NCBI GenBank assembly: GCA_049975525.1
Contig: JBNGCW010000001.1
Coordinates: 12,472 to 76,471 of the forward strand
Reading direction: 5' to 3'
Source: Anaerolineae bacterium
Lineage (GTDB): Bacteria > Chloroflexota > Anaerolineae > B4-G1 > SLSP01
Length of the DNA: 64,000 bases
Shown: in pieces, positions 9,987 through 19,438 of the stretch
Position numbering within the stretch: the first letter of the stretch is position 1
Layout of the letters: each line of letters opens with the position of its first letter
Notes under the pieces: model-generated
Told to the model about the DNA's origin: nothing
The model's database searches: none
What the model saw: the letters and a program-made list of their open reading frames with translations, nothing else
Program-made: the position numbers and the translations under genes

Positions 9987-10041
9987 CGTTTAGGCGCTGG
10001 AACGCTCCTTCTCCAAGTGAAGCGCTGAGTTGATAAAAGAG

Positions 10042-10090
10042 CGGGTCCCAGGTTGCAATGTCTCTTTCGACCTGGGACCCGTTTGTGGTG
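10042..10090 (+). terminator. rho-independent terminator-like hairpin downstream of the peroxiredoxin gene
   Basis: 11-bp perfect stem cgggtcccagg / cctgggacccg with 18-nt loop, followed by tttgtggtg. Confidence 0.5.
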
Positions 10091-10164
10091 GGATAGTCGG
10101 GAGCATGGGCTCATCTTCTGTGGGGTACGGTGAGGATGCCGACCCGGCCTGCTAATCTGGGCCG

Positions 10165-10971
10165 TTACATCTGCATGCGTGCGATAAGTTCGACCAGATC
10201 CTGCACCACATAGTCCGGTTGATGAGGCGCATCCGCCAAATCCGTGCGTTGCGTCTCCCCCGTCAGCACCAAAACCGTGGTCACGCCCGCTTGCCCCAGG
10301 GCGATGTCCGTGTAGAGTCGGTCGCCCACCATGCACATCTCCTCGATGGGCACACCGGTCTTCTCCTCTACGGCCTCGATCAGCGGTGGATTGGGCTTGC
10401 CGACGATGACGTCAGGGGACCGACCGGTGGAGGCTTCCACCAACGCCATGATAGCGCCGATGTCGGGCATGAACCCGTCCTCGGTGGGGCAGTTCACGTC
10501 GGGATGGGTGGCGATGTAGGGCCGTCCCGCGCGCACGAAGTCGCAGAGCCGCCGGATCTTCGCGTAGGTCAGCGTGGTGTCGAATCCCAGCACGACGAAC
10601 TCAGGATCTTCTTGTACCAGCGCAAAGCCATGGGCGGCGAACTCCTCTTCCAGTGCCGGCGTGCCCACCAGGTAGATGCGGGCGCCGGGGTGCTGCTTTT
10701 TGAGGTAGCGCGCCGTGGCTTCGCCGGAGGTGAAGATCTCTTTCTCGTCCACGTCCAGACCCAGGCGGCGGAGCTTGGCCGCGTAGCGTCCCCGGTGGCT
10801 GGAAGAGTTATTGGTCAGGAAGAGATAGCGGGTGCCGCGTCGGCGCAATAGCTGGAGAAAACGGCGCGCGCCGGGCAGCAGCTGCTCCCCCAGGAAGACG
10901 GTGCCGTCCATGTCCAACAGGAAGCAGCGAGCGCTCCTGAGCCGGTCGAGGGGCGCGTTGACATCGCTCAT
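10165..10971 (-). CDS. HAD-IIA family sugar-phosphate phosphatase (NagD-like)
   Basis: DMDGTVF motif I, LTNNSS motif II, GDRLYTDI motif IV. Start ATG overlaps the stop of the upstream isomerase (ATGA). Confidence 0.8.
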   Translation of the reverse strand: MSDVNAPLDRLRSARCFLLDMDGTVFLGEQLLPGARRFLQLLRRRGTRYLFLTNNSSSHRGRYAAKLRRLGLDVDEKEIFTSGEATARYLKKQHPGARIYLVGTPALEEEFAAHGFALVQEDPEFVVLGFDTTLTYAKIRRLCDFVRAGRPYIATHPDVNCPTEDGFMPDIGAIMALVEASTGRSPDVIVGKPNPPLIEAVEEKTGVPIEEMCMVGDRLYTDIALGQAGVTTVLVLTGETQRTDLADAPHQPDYVVQDLVELIARMQM

Positions 10972-12392
10972 CGCTGGAGATAGGGGGTGTAGCGCCGCGC
11001 GGCGATAGGTGCAACGTCCAGCCAGGCAGCCAGCTCCAGGCTTGCGGCGGTGAAGTCACCGTAGACCAGAGGGTAGTGGTGCTGGAAGTGCGCGTGCATC
11101 AGTGTTTCAACAAGCTCTGGCACCGTGACCGCCTTCCCGTTGAGGCGCAGGTCGGTCAGCCAGCCGCGACTGCCGACGTAGGGCGGCGCTTCGTCCGCAA
11201 TGCGTCCGTCGAGCACCAGCATGCGGGCGAAATCCGGCGTGAAACCCATGACGGTGACGGGTCCCGGACGTAGCACCAGGTCGTTGCGCAACCCCATGGG
11301 CGGCCCCTCGTAGCCGTCGAAGAGCCAGAGTGAGCCCATACGGGATCCGTTCTCGTCGGCCAGAACCGGCGCCGTCGGTCCACAGTGCCAGAAGAGGATG
11401 CGCTCCTTCTCCGGATCGACGCCGGAGAGGTCCATCAATGTGACGACGTCGTCGCTCATGTAGTGTAGCGCCAACATGTTCACCGCTGAAGGGACGTCGC
11501 CTTCACAGGCTGTGACCTGCGCGTCGGCGTTGAGCTGGCCCACCACGCTGCAAACGGCGAGGTGGTAATCCTCCTGGAAGCGTGGCCAACAGCTGACCGC
11601 CAGCGCGTCCAGGTTCAGCTCTTCGGCAAGGGCTTGATAAGCAAGGTAGACGCGCGCCGAGCGCTCCAGCGCCGTCTCCTGGCCGGCTTCAAACTCGGCG
11701 GCGCCCGCCCGCAACGTGCTCTGGGCCGCGGCGACGCGGTCGCGTCCCTGTTCCTGCGCGCGCTGCAGCACCGCATCGAACTCTACCGGCACGACCTTGA
11801 CACCCAGTTGCGCCCGCAGGTCGCGCGGATCCACGATCAGGTTGTCGAAGCCGGGCGCGACGCCGCCGATGAGCCCTACGCGCGCGTCGCATAGGTTGAC
11901 CAGGGCCGTCAAGGCGCGCACCGTTGCCTGGAGCCGCGCGTCGAAGAGCGGCTGGCCCGGTCGCCCGTAGAACCACTTGACCGGGCGGTCGTAGTTCAGG
12001 AGATACGAGCCGACGATGCTGTTGTACATGTTGGCGGCGACGAAGCTGTTGAGCGGCAATCCGCCTTCCTCGGTCGGGGGGCCCTCGGGCACGGCCCAAA
12101 GGCCCAGGCGGGCGTCCAGCGCCGTGAACTCGTAGATGAAAGCCCCCGGTCCAAAGGAGCTGCTCTGCAACAGCACGAAGTCGGCGTCCCAGGCGGCCAG
12201 CTCCGCTGCCGCAGCCTCTGCCTGGGTTTGAGTGTACATGCCTTGTTTGACGACGTGCAGCTCGAAGTCCAGTTGGGCCGCCAGGGCGTTTAACGCCTCG
12301 GCGCTGGCCGCGTATTGGGTTTCTTTGTCGCCGCGAAAGGGAGTACACATCAAACCGGCTACTCCCACTCTAAGTTTACGTTTCGTTCCCAT
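10968..12392 (-). CDS. L-arabinose / L-fucose isomerase superfamily protein (AraA/FucI-like)
   Basis: About 475 aa. N-terminal segments (FVLLQSSSFGP) and C-terminal segments (ILFWHCGPTAPVL, HAHFQHH) align with AraA landmarks from memory. Start chosen at ATG 12392 (MGTKRK...) with GAGGGGAGA RBS rather than the ORF-track start 12476. Confidence 0.5.
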   Translation of the reverse strand: MGTKRKLRVGVAGLMCTPFRGDKETQYAASAEALNALAAQLDFELHVVKQGMYTQTQAEAAAAELAAWDADFVLLQSSSFGPGAFIYEFTALDARLGLWAVPEGPPTEEGGLPLNSFVAANMYNSIVGSYLLNYDRPVKWFYGRPGQPLFDARLQATVRALTALVNLCDARVGLIGGVAPGFDNLIVDPRDLRAQLGVKVVPVEFDAVLQRAQEQGRDRVAAAQSTLRAGAAEFEAGQETALERSARVYLAYQALAEELNLDALAVSCWPRFQEDYHLAVCSVVGQLNADAQVTACEGDVPSAVNMLALHYMSDDVVTLMDLSGVDPEKERILFWHCGPTAPVLADENGSRMGSLWLFDGYEGPPMGLRNDLVLRPGPVTVMGFTPDFARMLVLDGRIADEAPPYVGSRGWLTDLRLNGKAVTVPELVETLMHAHFQHHYPLVYGDFTAASLELAAWLDVAPIAARRYTPYLQR

Positions 12393-12497
12393 GCTATGTC
12401 TCCCCTCGTTCCTTATCAACACGAGGCTGATGAGGTCGCCTCGCATGTTGGTCGTGGCTGCCGCGGGTGACGACACGCCCCGAAGTTGTCTGCCCTA

Positions 12498-14186
12498 CTA
12501 CGAACGCTCATGCTTGCAAAAGTACGCGCTGTGCGCCGGTGCATCCCACCAGACCGCCGTCTCGTCGTCCAGGGCGCAGAGGGAAAGTGAGAAGCCGCCT
12601 GTCTCCTGCGTGGTGAAGTACGAGTTGACGATTCCATCGGCGACGTGCAGCCCTCGGCGTTGCAGCGCATGGACCACACCCCGGTAGACGATGTGCAGCT
12701 CCATCATGGAGGTGCCGCCCGCGCCGTTGACGAAAGCCCAAAGCTTCTTGCCCTCGATCAGCGTGTCCAGATCCTCCACCAGGGGGGCGACAATCCGCTC
12801 GGCAATCTTGTCGGCGGGGAGGTGGGGGCCGCTGTAGACGCCGCTCTCGCCGTGCACGCCGGTGCCGATCTCGATATTGCCCGGCGAAAGGTTCATGAGC
12901 GGCTCGCCGGTGGCGGGGTGGGTGCCCGAGCGAACGGCGACGGAGAGGGTGGCGGTGCGTTCGTTGACGTGCTCGATGAGGGCGGCGACCTCGTCGAGCG
13001 AGGCGCCGGCCTCGGCGGCGGCGCCGCCGACCTTGAGGGCGAAGAGCAGGCCGCCCAGCCCACGTCGTTTGTGGTACGAGGCGCGCGGCGCCGTCGCCAC
13101 GTCGTCGGTCAGCAGTGTCATGCGTGTCTCGATGCCCAGCTGCTGCGCGCGATGCAGGGCCAGCCGCGCGTTGAGCACGTCGCCAGTGTGATTGGAGACC
13201 AGCAGCACCACACCCGCGCCGCGATTTGCTGCGGCGATGGCGTGGGCGATGCGCACGCCGGAAGCGCAGGTGAAGAGCGAGCCGTAAGCGTCGGCGTCGA
13301 GCAGACCTGCGCCGATGAAGCCGGCCATGGAGGGTGTGTGACCGCCGCCGTGTCCCATGGCCAGCCCGACTTTGCCTCTCGCTTTGGGCTGTGCCCGCGC
13401 CAGCACACCGGGGTGCTCGGTCAGGCGGAGGTGGTGCGGGTGTGCCCGCGCCAGGCCTTCCAGCTCCTCGCGGATCATCTCCGTTGGATCGTTGAGCAGC
13501 TTGCCCGGCGGCGGTGTGGTCGGATGTGCCACCTTCGCCGCCTCGTCCGGGGGGGCGGCCCGCACGCCGACGATCAGGTCGTGGCAGGCTTCCAGCAGGA
13601 GAGAGATGGAATGGGCGCCGGGGTCCTCGTGTCCGCGGCTGCGTTCTCCCAGAAAGCGGGCGCGACCGTGGGCCGCCCTCAGCGCCGCCGTACCCGCCGC
13701 GCCACGGCGGGCCGCTGCGAGTGCGGCCTCGAAAGCTGCGCGAGGCCCTCTTTCGACCTGCGCCCGGAGCGTCTGCACGGCGGGCGCCAGCGCGTCCAGC
13801 AACGTCTTCTCGCCCACCTCGGCCTGCCCTACGGCCTGTACCGCATCCTGACCCTGTTCGAAGGCACGGGTAACCGCCTGTAGATCGACGTGGGTTGCGT
13901 CTGCGAAAGTCGTGCCTGCCTGTGCAAGCAGCGCGGAGAAGAGCGGGCCGATGGCGCCGCCGGCTGTCTCGGCGAATGTGGCCGCTGCCGCGTCGAAAAG
14001 CGCCCCCAGATCCGTGAACTCTTCCGCCTGCACGCGCGCTTCGGCGGCCTGGAATGCCCGCGCCATGGTCGTTCCGTGGTCGCCGTCCCCGATGGCGCGA
14101 TCCAGGGCGTTCAGGCGCGCTGCGGCTTCCGCAAAGCGCTCCCGCCAGAGTGAGAAGAGCGCGCGGGCCTCGTGCAGCTCAAGCAT
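12498..14186 (-). CDS. dihydroxyacetone-kinase-family protein, single-chain DhaL (Dak2)-DhaK (Dak1) fusion in reversed domain order
   Basis: N-terminal ~200 aa is a DhaL/Dak2 ADP-binding domain (DGDHGTTM, GERSRGHEDPGA). C-terminal ~330 aa is a DhaK/Dak1 domain (KLLNDPTEMIREELEGL, GHGGGHTPSMAGFIGAGLLDA, LLVSNHTGDVLN). No stop between the domains. Start ATG 14186 with GGGAGG RBS overlaps the upstream gene's stop by 8 nt. Confidence 0.75.
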   Translation of the reverse strand: MLELHEARALFSLWRERFAEAAARLNALDRAIGDGDHGTTMARAFQAAEARVQAEEFTDLGALFDAAAATFAETAGGAIGPLFSALLAQAGTTFADATHVDLQAVTRAFEQGQDAVQAVGQAEVGEKTLLDALAPAVQTLRAQVERGPRAAFEAALAAARRGAAGTAALRAAHGRARFLGERSRGHEDPGAHSISLLLEACHDLIVGVRAAPPDEAAKVAHPTTPPPGKLLNDPTEMIREELEGLARAHPHHLRLTEHPGVLARAQPKARGKVGLAMGHGGGHTPSMAGFIGAGLLDADAYGSLFTCASGVRIAHAIAAANRGAGVVLLVSNHTGDVLNARLALHRAQQLGIETRMTLLTDDVATAPRASYHKRRGLGGLLFALKVGGAAAEAGASLDEVAALIEHVNERTATLSVAVRSGTHPATGEPLMNLSPGNIEIGTGVHGESGVYSGPHLPADKIAERIVAPLVEDLDTLIEGKKLWAFVNGAGGTSMMELHIVYRGVVHALQRRGLHVADGIVNSYFTTQETGGFSLSLCALDDETAVWWDAPAHSAYFCKHERS

Positions 14187-15024
14187 CGGCGACCTCCCGG
14201 CGGAGGAAAGCCGCGGCTGCCCGCGCGTCGGCATCCAGCGTGTCCGAGAGGGGCCGCCAGACGAAGACGTCACGTCCGACCTGGCCCTCGGGCCGCACGT
14301 AGGCCTCGACGACGAGCCAGCCCTCATAATCGATGGCATCCAACGCTCGACGTACCTCGTCCCAGGGGATGTGTCCGCGGCCGGGACAGCCGCGATGGTT
14401 GGCGGAGCAGTGGAGGTGTCCCAGCCGGGGGCCGGCCGCCGCGATGGCAGCGCCGATGTCCGGCTCCTCGATGTTCAGGTGGAAGGTGTCCAGGTGCAAT
14501 TTGACCGCCGGGCTGTCAATCTCTGCCAGCATCTGCAGGCCCTGGGTGACGGTGTTGAGCAGATAGCCCTCGAAGCGGTTCAATATCTCCAGGCAGAGCG
14601 TCACGCCCACGTCTTCGGCGATCCTGGCGACGTCTCGCAGTGCCGTGACGCAGCGATGACGGCGTGCGGTGTGGTCGTCCTCCGGGAAGGCGCCCCAGGG
14701 CGCGTAGGTGACGCCGCCGAGCACCGGGCTGCCCAGCGTGGCCGCACCCTCCAGGCAGGCGCGGAGGTGGGCGACGCCGGCGGCCCGCACCGTGGGGTCA
14801 GGATGGGTGATGTCGGTTTGGGGGCCTAACCCCGTGCCACAGGTGGCGCGGAGGCCCTGTGCGTCGAGGGTGGCCTTGAGCGCGGTGAAGTCCAGCGCCT
14901 CCGGCCGAAGCAGCGGCAACTCCGCGCCGTCGTAACCGGCGGCTGCGGCCCGTTTGAGGAGCGGCGTCAGCTCGTCGTCCCAGGCCGTCTGCCAATACGA
15001 AAGATGTATGCCTAGAGCTCGCAT
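14179..15024 (-). CDS. xylose-isomerase-like TIM-barrel enzyme resembling ketose 3-epimerases (D-tagatose / D-psicose 3-epimerase family)
   Basis: GIHLSYWQTAW N-terminus; candidate metal ligands in EILNRFE, LDTFH, GHLH, VEAYV match the DTEase/DPEase pattern from memory. Start ATG 15024 with GAGGA RBS; the TTG at 15048 is less likely. Confidence 0.6.
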   Translation of the reverse strand: MRALGIHLSYWQTAWDDELTPLLKRAAAAGYDGAELPLLRPEALDFTALKATLDAQGLRATCGTGLGPQTDITHPDPTVRAAGVAHLRACLEGAATLGSPVLGGVTYAPWGAFPEDDHTARRHRCVTALRDVARIAEDVGVTLCLEILNRFEGYLLNTVTQGLQMLAEIDSPAVKLHLDTFHLNIEEPDIGAAIAAAGPRLGHLHCSANHRGCPGRGHIPWDEVRRALDAIDYEGWLVVEAYVRPEGQVGRDVFVWRPLSDTLDADARAAAAFLRREVADA

Positions 15025-15114
15025 GGTATCCTCAATTTCAGACAACAACGCACCCCCGGGCGGTGATGCGCCTCTTGCCCGAGTGGGTGCGTTGTGTGTC
15101 GCTTGGCGAAAGCG

Positions 15115-16392
15115 TTAGAATCCCAGCAGCCGCGCCAGCCCGCCCACCACGATGGCGATGACGGAGAAGTCGTTGCCGCCGAAAGCGTTGATGAAGCCGG
15201 CCGCGGTGTTCTGGACGAAGAAGAGGGAGAGCGCCTGGAAGACGATGAGCAGGACGCCGCCGACGATGGAAGCCACGACTGTGCCGCGAATGCCGCCGGT
15301 CTTGTTGGCCAGGATCGCCGCCGGGCCTACGTCGAAGAAGGCGGCGACCACCAGGGGCAGGAGCACGTATTGGAAGCCCGCCAGGCCGAAGATGACCAGC
15401 GTGACCAGGGAAGCCGCCACGGCGATGGGGAAGCCGATGGCCAGGGCGTTGGGCGCATAGGGGAAGAGCATGGGGCAGTCCAAGGCCGGAATGGCGTCCG
15501 GGACGATTTTGTTGGCGATGCCGTGGAAGGCGGGCACGATCTCGCTCAACGTCATGCGCACGCCGGTGAGCAAGATGACCAGCCCCGCGCCGAAGCTGAT
15601 GGCCTGGTAGATCATCCACAGGATCCAGACGGCGGTGGAGCCGCCGGCGAACTGTCCCGCCGCCCAGAGCGGCCCGGCGAGGAGCCCCATGACGATGTAG
15701 ACCAGCAGCATGATGAGCGAGGTGGAAATCACCATCTCCTTGATGAACCCCCAGCGTTTGGGGATCTCCAGATCCTCGGTGGAGGTGGAGGGATCGCCGA
15801 CGAGCTTGCCGACTTCGGCGCCGATGATGGCCAGCACCGTGGTGGTGTGACCGATGGAGAACTCCCGTCCGCCGGTCACCTTTTCCACGTAGGGCATGAT
15901 GAGGGCCGGCAGCACCGTGGAGATGATGCCCAGGATGATGCTCCCCAGGATGATCAGGGGAACCCCGGTGATTTTGCCGCCGTCGGCCAGCGCGGCGGTG
16001 ACCATGAAGGCGTTCCAGAAGAGGATGTGCCCGGTGAGGAAGACGTACTTCAGCGGGGTGATGCGGGCCAGAAGCACGTTAACTAAAAAGCCGAAGACCA
16101 GCACCAGCACGATTTGCACCCCGTACTCACCAAGGAAGGTGGTGAAATCCACCGTAGCCTGGCCTTCGAGGGCGTAAACTTGGTTGAACATGGTGGAGAT
16201 GGGGGAGATGGCGCCGCTCAGTAGATCGACGGCGGTGAAGAGGATGATGACGCCGGCCATGGTCTTGATGGTGCCCTCGATGACCTCGTCGAATTCTTTG
16301 CGTTGGATCAGCAGACCGATGAGCGCCACGATCCCCAGCATAAAGGTGGGGAGGAGACGCGGAACTATCGCAAAAATAAGATTAATGTCCAT
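15115..16392 (-). CDS. PTS EIIC component, L-ascorbate (UlaA/SgaT) family
   Basis: 425-aa polytopic membrane protein with a UlaA-like N-terminus (MDINLIFAIVPRLLP...). Strong AGGAGG RBS. Confidence 0.75.
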   Translation of the reverse strand: MDINLIFAIVPRLLPTFMLGIVALIGLLIQRKEFDEVIEGTIKTMAGVIILFTAVDLLSGAISPISTMFNQVYALEGQATVDFTTFLGEYGVQIVLVLVFGFLVNVLLARITPLKYVFLTGHILFWNAFMVTAALADGGKITGVPLIILGSIILGIISTVLPALIMPYVEKVTGGREFSIGHTTTVLAIIGAEVGKLVGDPSTSTEDLEIPKRWGFIKEMVISTSLIMLLVYIVMGLLAGPLWAAGQFAGGSTAVWILWMIYQAISFGAGLVILLTGVRMTLSEIVPAFHGIANKIVPDAIPALDCPMLFPYAPNALAIGFPIAVAASLVTLVIFGLAGFQYVLLPLVVAAFFDVGPAAILANKTGGIRGTVVASIVGGVLLIVFQALSLFFVQNTAAGFINAFGGNDFSVIAIVVGGLARLLGF

Positions 16393-16456
16393 GGAAAACC
16401 TCCTGCTGTCTGTTGATATTTAAAGGATGGATGACCGTTTCGTTCTATAACATCGC

Positions 16457-18616
16457 TTACGTGTACCAGACGATCTCAAATACACCTCCTTTTTGCTTGA
16501 AGATGAGTTCAAGGTGCAGCTTGGTCTCTTCTACGGCGCCAGCGAGGGACGCTTGCGTGGGCCAGAGCTGCCGGATCTCTGCGCGTTCACCCCGCGCGGT
16601 CATCTCCAGCGTCGCTGTGATGCGCCCCGGCAGATAGTTGGCCACGAAGATCATGTCGCGCCGTCCGCGTCGCAGCAGATGGGGGTCGAGGGCGCGCCGT
16701 TCACCAGCGTAGAGGAGGCGCAGCTCCGGCCCTATCTCCAGACGACGCAAGACGCTTTCCAGCACGGGACGCAGAAGTGGACGTTCCGTCTCCACGTAGC
16801 CCGCGTCGGCCTGCGTGGCGAAGTAGAGGCCGTGTCCGGCCCCGTGATGCGCCAACGTCACCGCCGGCCGACCGTCCGGGAAAGTACCCAGCACCTCAGT
16901 CTCCGCCGCAGGTTGTACCACATCCCGCTTCAGGTGACCGGCATACGTCTGTCCTGCGAAGGTCACGGGCTCGTCGGCGCGGTCGTCGGCCGTCACCGCC
17001 CTCAGGCCGAAGGTGTCTTGGAGTGGGGGGATGGGGAGGGGATGATGATACCAACCGCGTTGGTCCAGGGTGGCACAGCGGGCGAAGCCGACCAGCAGAC
17101 CGCCGTCGGCGACGTACTCGCGCAGCGCGCCGGCCGTTTCCATGTCGAGCAGGCCCACCAGCGGCAGGGCGAGGGCTTTGTAACCGGCGGTCGCGCCCGC
17201 CAGCACCTGCATCGGCGTGACAAAGTCCACACGGTAGCCCAACTCCCAGAAGGCGCGGTAAGCGCCCCGTTGCGCCTGAAAGAGAACGCGCTCCTGATGG
17301 AGGCCCCGCAGGAAGATGGCGTTGGGTTTGGTCTCCAGAATCGCCACCTCGCCCTGGGGCACGTGAGCCTCCAGCAGGAAGTCGGCGTGGGTTTGGAGGA
17401 AACGCCCGAACTCGGCGGCGGCTGTATAGCGGGGCGTCGGTTCGCCGTCCAGCTCGACGAGCGCGCCCCAGCGGATGGGCTGGTAGGGCCACTCGCGCCA
17501 GGGCATGAAGAGGCCCAGTTTAACGTCGTGGCCCAGCGCTTCCAGGCCGTTGCGCAGGATCTCCTCCGGTCTGGTGTTGTGATCGGGGCCGAGCAACCAG
17601 CCGTTGATGGGACCGCTTTCCATCTCGTGCAGCCAGAAATCCGTGCCGGCGGCACGACTGACGCTGCGACCATGATCCAGGAAGATGGAGTTGTGCTCCG
17701 GTCGGGTTTTGAGCTTATCGCCGCTGCCGGGGTAGAGATCGTAGCCCACGTGATCCACGCGCTGCGCAATTTTCCATTGATCGAGGCCCATGAAGGTGCC
17801 GAAGCGGTCGTGGCCTTTGAAGTTGAAGGTGTTGACCGAGGTGGGGTGGGCGGGGTCGTAGCGCTTGAGCAGCGCGTGCTGCCAGCCGGCGAAGTCGGCG
17901 AAGGCCTCCTGCCAGAAGAGGCGCCAGTCGATCCAGCGGGTGACGCCGGACCAGGCATAGGGCAGTGCCTCAGGCGGTTCGACTTCCTCCCAGGCGTTGT
18001 AGTGGAAGGCGGTCGTGCTCCACGTCCAGGCGTGGGTCAGCGCCTCCAACGTCTCATATTTGGCCTGCACCCATTGCCGGAAACGTGCCTTGCAGTGCTT
18101 ACAATAGCAGTAGAGGTCCAGTTCGTCCTGACCGCGCGCGGGCATAAAGGGGAAACCCATCTCGTTGGAGATCTGCCAGCCGAAGTGGTTGGGTTGGGTA
18201 GCGGCGAATTTGGCCAGTGCCGTGGTGTACCGGCGTGCCTCGTCTAGGAAGCCCGGGTGGTGGATGCAAGCCCAGTGGTAGGAGGCCGCCAGCGGATAGC
18301 GTTCACCGCGACTGGAGAGCAGCCGTACGTCCGGATATTTCCGTGCCAGCCAGAGCGGCGGGCAGGCGGTGCCGTTGCTCAGCAGCACGCGGATGCCGTG
18401 ATCGGCGGCAGCGCGATAGAAACGCTCCAACAGATCCAGGCGGAGCTCGCCCTCCTGCGGCTCGATGCGGTCCCAGGAGCCGTGTACGTCCCCGATGCGG
18501 ACCAGGTTCATGCCTGCCGCCTGCATCCTGCAGAGGTCTTGGGCCCAGGTCGCCTCAGGATAGATCAGCGGTGAATAGGAGGCCCCGTAGGGATAGGTGT
18601 GCCCCGTTTCGGACAT
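16457..18616 (-). CDS. glycoside hydrolase family 42 beta-galactosidase (alpha-L-arabinopyranosidase activity possible)
   Basis: GH42 TIM-barrel motifs NEMG (acid/base Glu) and the Cys cluster YCYCKHCKARF; trimerisation and C-terminal domains follow. Start taken at ATG 18616 (MSETGHTY...); the ORF-track extension to 19417 overlaps EIIB and EIIA in another frame. Confidence 0.85.
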   Translation of the reverse strand: MSETGHTYPYGASYSPLIYPEATWAQDLCRMQAAGMNLVRIGDVHGSWDRIEPQEGELRLDLLERFYRAAADHGIRVLLSNGTACPPLWLARKYPDVRLLSSRGERYPLAASYHWACIHHPGFLDEARRYTTALAKFAATQPNHFGWQISNEMGFPFMPARGQDELDLYCYCKHCKARFRQWVQAKYETLEALTHAWTWSTTAFHYNAWEEVEPPEALPYAWSGVTRWIDWRLFWQEAFADFAGWQHALLKRYDPAHPTSVNTFNFKGHDRFGTFMGLDQWKIAQRVDHVGYDLYPGSGDKLKTRPEHNSIFLDHGRSVSRAAGTDFWLHEMESGPINGWLLGPDHNTRPEEILRNGLEALGHDVKLGLFMPWREWPYQPIRWGALVELDGEPTPRYTAAAEFGRFLQTHADFLLEAHVPQGEVAILETKPNAIFLRGLHQERVLFQAQRGAYRAFWELGYRVDFVTPMQVLAGATAGYKALALPLVGLLDMETAGALREYVADGGLLVGFARCATLDQRGWYHHPLPIPPLQDTFGLRAVTADDRADEPVTFAGQTYAGHLKRDVVQPAAETEVLGTFPDGRPAVTLAHHGAGHGLYFATQADAGYVETERPLLRPVLESVLRRLEIGPELRLLYAGERRALDPHLLRRGRRDMIFVANYLPGRITATLEMTARGERAEIRQLWPTQASLAGAVEETKLHLELIFKQKGGVFEIVWYT

Positions 18617-18630
18617 GAGATGTCTCAGCC

Positions 18631-18921
18631 TTATTCCTCTATCAGCGATTGGATAACGGGAAGGCCCTTTTCTTCGATCTCGCTTTCGTTCATGAAGTTG
18701 TCGATGAGGACGATGGGTTGCTCGATGCCTTCGAAGGTGTTGAGCAGCTCCTTGGAGGTGAAGACGACGTCGAAATCCTGGCCTCTGGCTGTGGTCGCAT
18801 CGGCGCAGAAAGTCTTGGCCGAAAGGCCGTGTTTCCTCAGCAGGCCGTCCAATTTCAGGCGCAGGACCATGCTGGAGCCCAATCCAAATCCACAGACGAT
18901 CATGATCTTCGGTTTTGCCAC
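18631..18921 (-). CDS. PTS EIIB component (UlaB/SgaB type)
   Basis: 96 aa with phospho-Cys motif IMIVCGFGLGSS near the N-terminus. Confidence 0.8.
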   Translation of the reverse strand: MAKPKIMIVCGFGLGSSMVLRLKLDGLLRKHGLSAKTFCADATTARGQDFDVVFTSKELLNTFEGIEQPIVLIDNFMNESEIEEKGLPVIQSLIEE

Positions 18922-18990
18922 GTAATCCTCCTACTGGGGGGCGGTTTTCGCCGCCGCCCTTTGGGTGAGTCATAAGGGTCGGTTGTGTGC

Positions 18991-19434
18991 TTAGAGTTCG
19001 TCCATCAATGCCATCACCTCGTCTACGGAGGTGGCCGTCATCAGTTGTTGACGATGGGTAGGGTGATCCAGGAAAAGTGCGAGTTCCTGGAGCATGTTCA
19101 GGTGTTTCTCTTTGTCCACGGCGCCAAAGGCGATGACCAGGGAGACAGGATCGTTGCGCTCGGATCCGAAGGAGACCGGGGGGTCGAGCGTCACCAGGCT
19201 CAGGGCGATGTGCTTGACGCCATCCTCGGGGCGGGCGTGGAGGAGGGCCAGGCCCGGTGCCAACACCATGTAGGGTCCGAGCTCGCGAACGGCGTTGATC
19301 ATGGCCTCGGTGTAGCGTGGCTCGCAGGCTTCGATCTCTTCCAGCAAGCCGCCGGCCAGACGTACGGCTTCTTCCCAGTTCTTCACTGCGACGTGCAAAC
19401 GGATACATCGGGAACATAAATGATCAGATAGCAT
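18991..19434 (-). CDS. PTS EIIA component (EIIA-2 / mannitol-fructose-ascorbate type)
   Basis: 147 aa; phosphorylatable His in LALLHARPE; fold-typical length. Confidence 0.7.
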   Translation of the reverse strand: MLSDHLCSRCIRLHVAVKNWEEAVRLAGGLLEEIEACEPRYTEAMINAVRELGPYMVLAPGLALLHARPEDGVKHIALSLVTLDPPVSFGSERNDPVSLVIAFGAVDKEKHLNMLQELALFLDHPTHRQQLMTATSVDEVMALMDEL

Positions 19435-19438
19435 AGGA

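Noticed and set aside
12498-14339. DhaL and DhaK as two separate genes, or the ORF-track start at 14339
   Set aside because: No stop codon separates the domains. The N-terminal 51 codons of the ORF-track version are Arg/Ser/Pro-rich and overlap the upstream TIM-barrel gene, whereas ATG 14186 has a GGGAGG RBS.
16457-19417. 986-codon ORF extending the GH42 gene upstream over EIIB and EIIA
   Set aside because: GH42 homology begins at MSETGHTY (ATG 18616). The upstream extension is Arg/Pro-rich low-complexity in a different frame from the well-supported EIIB (CGFGLGSS) and EIIA genes.
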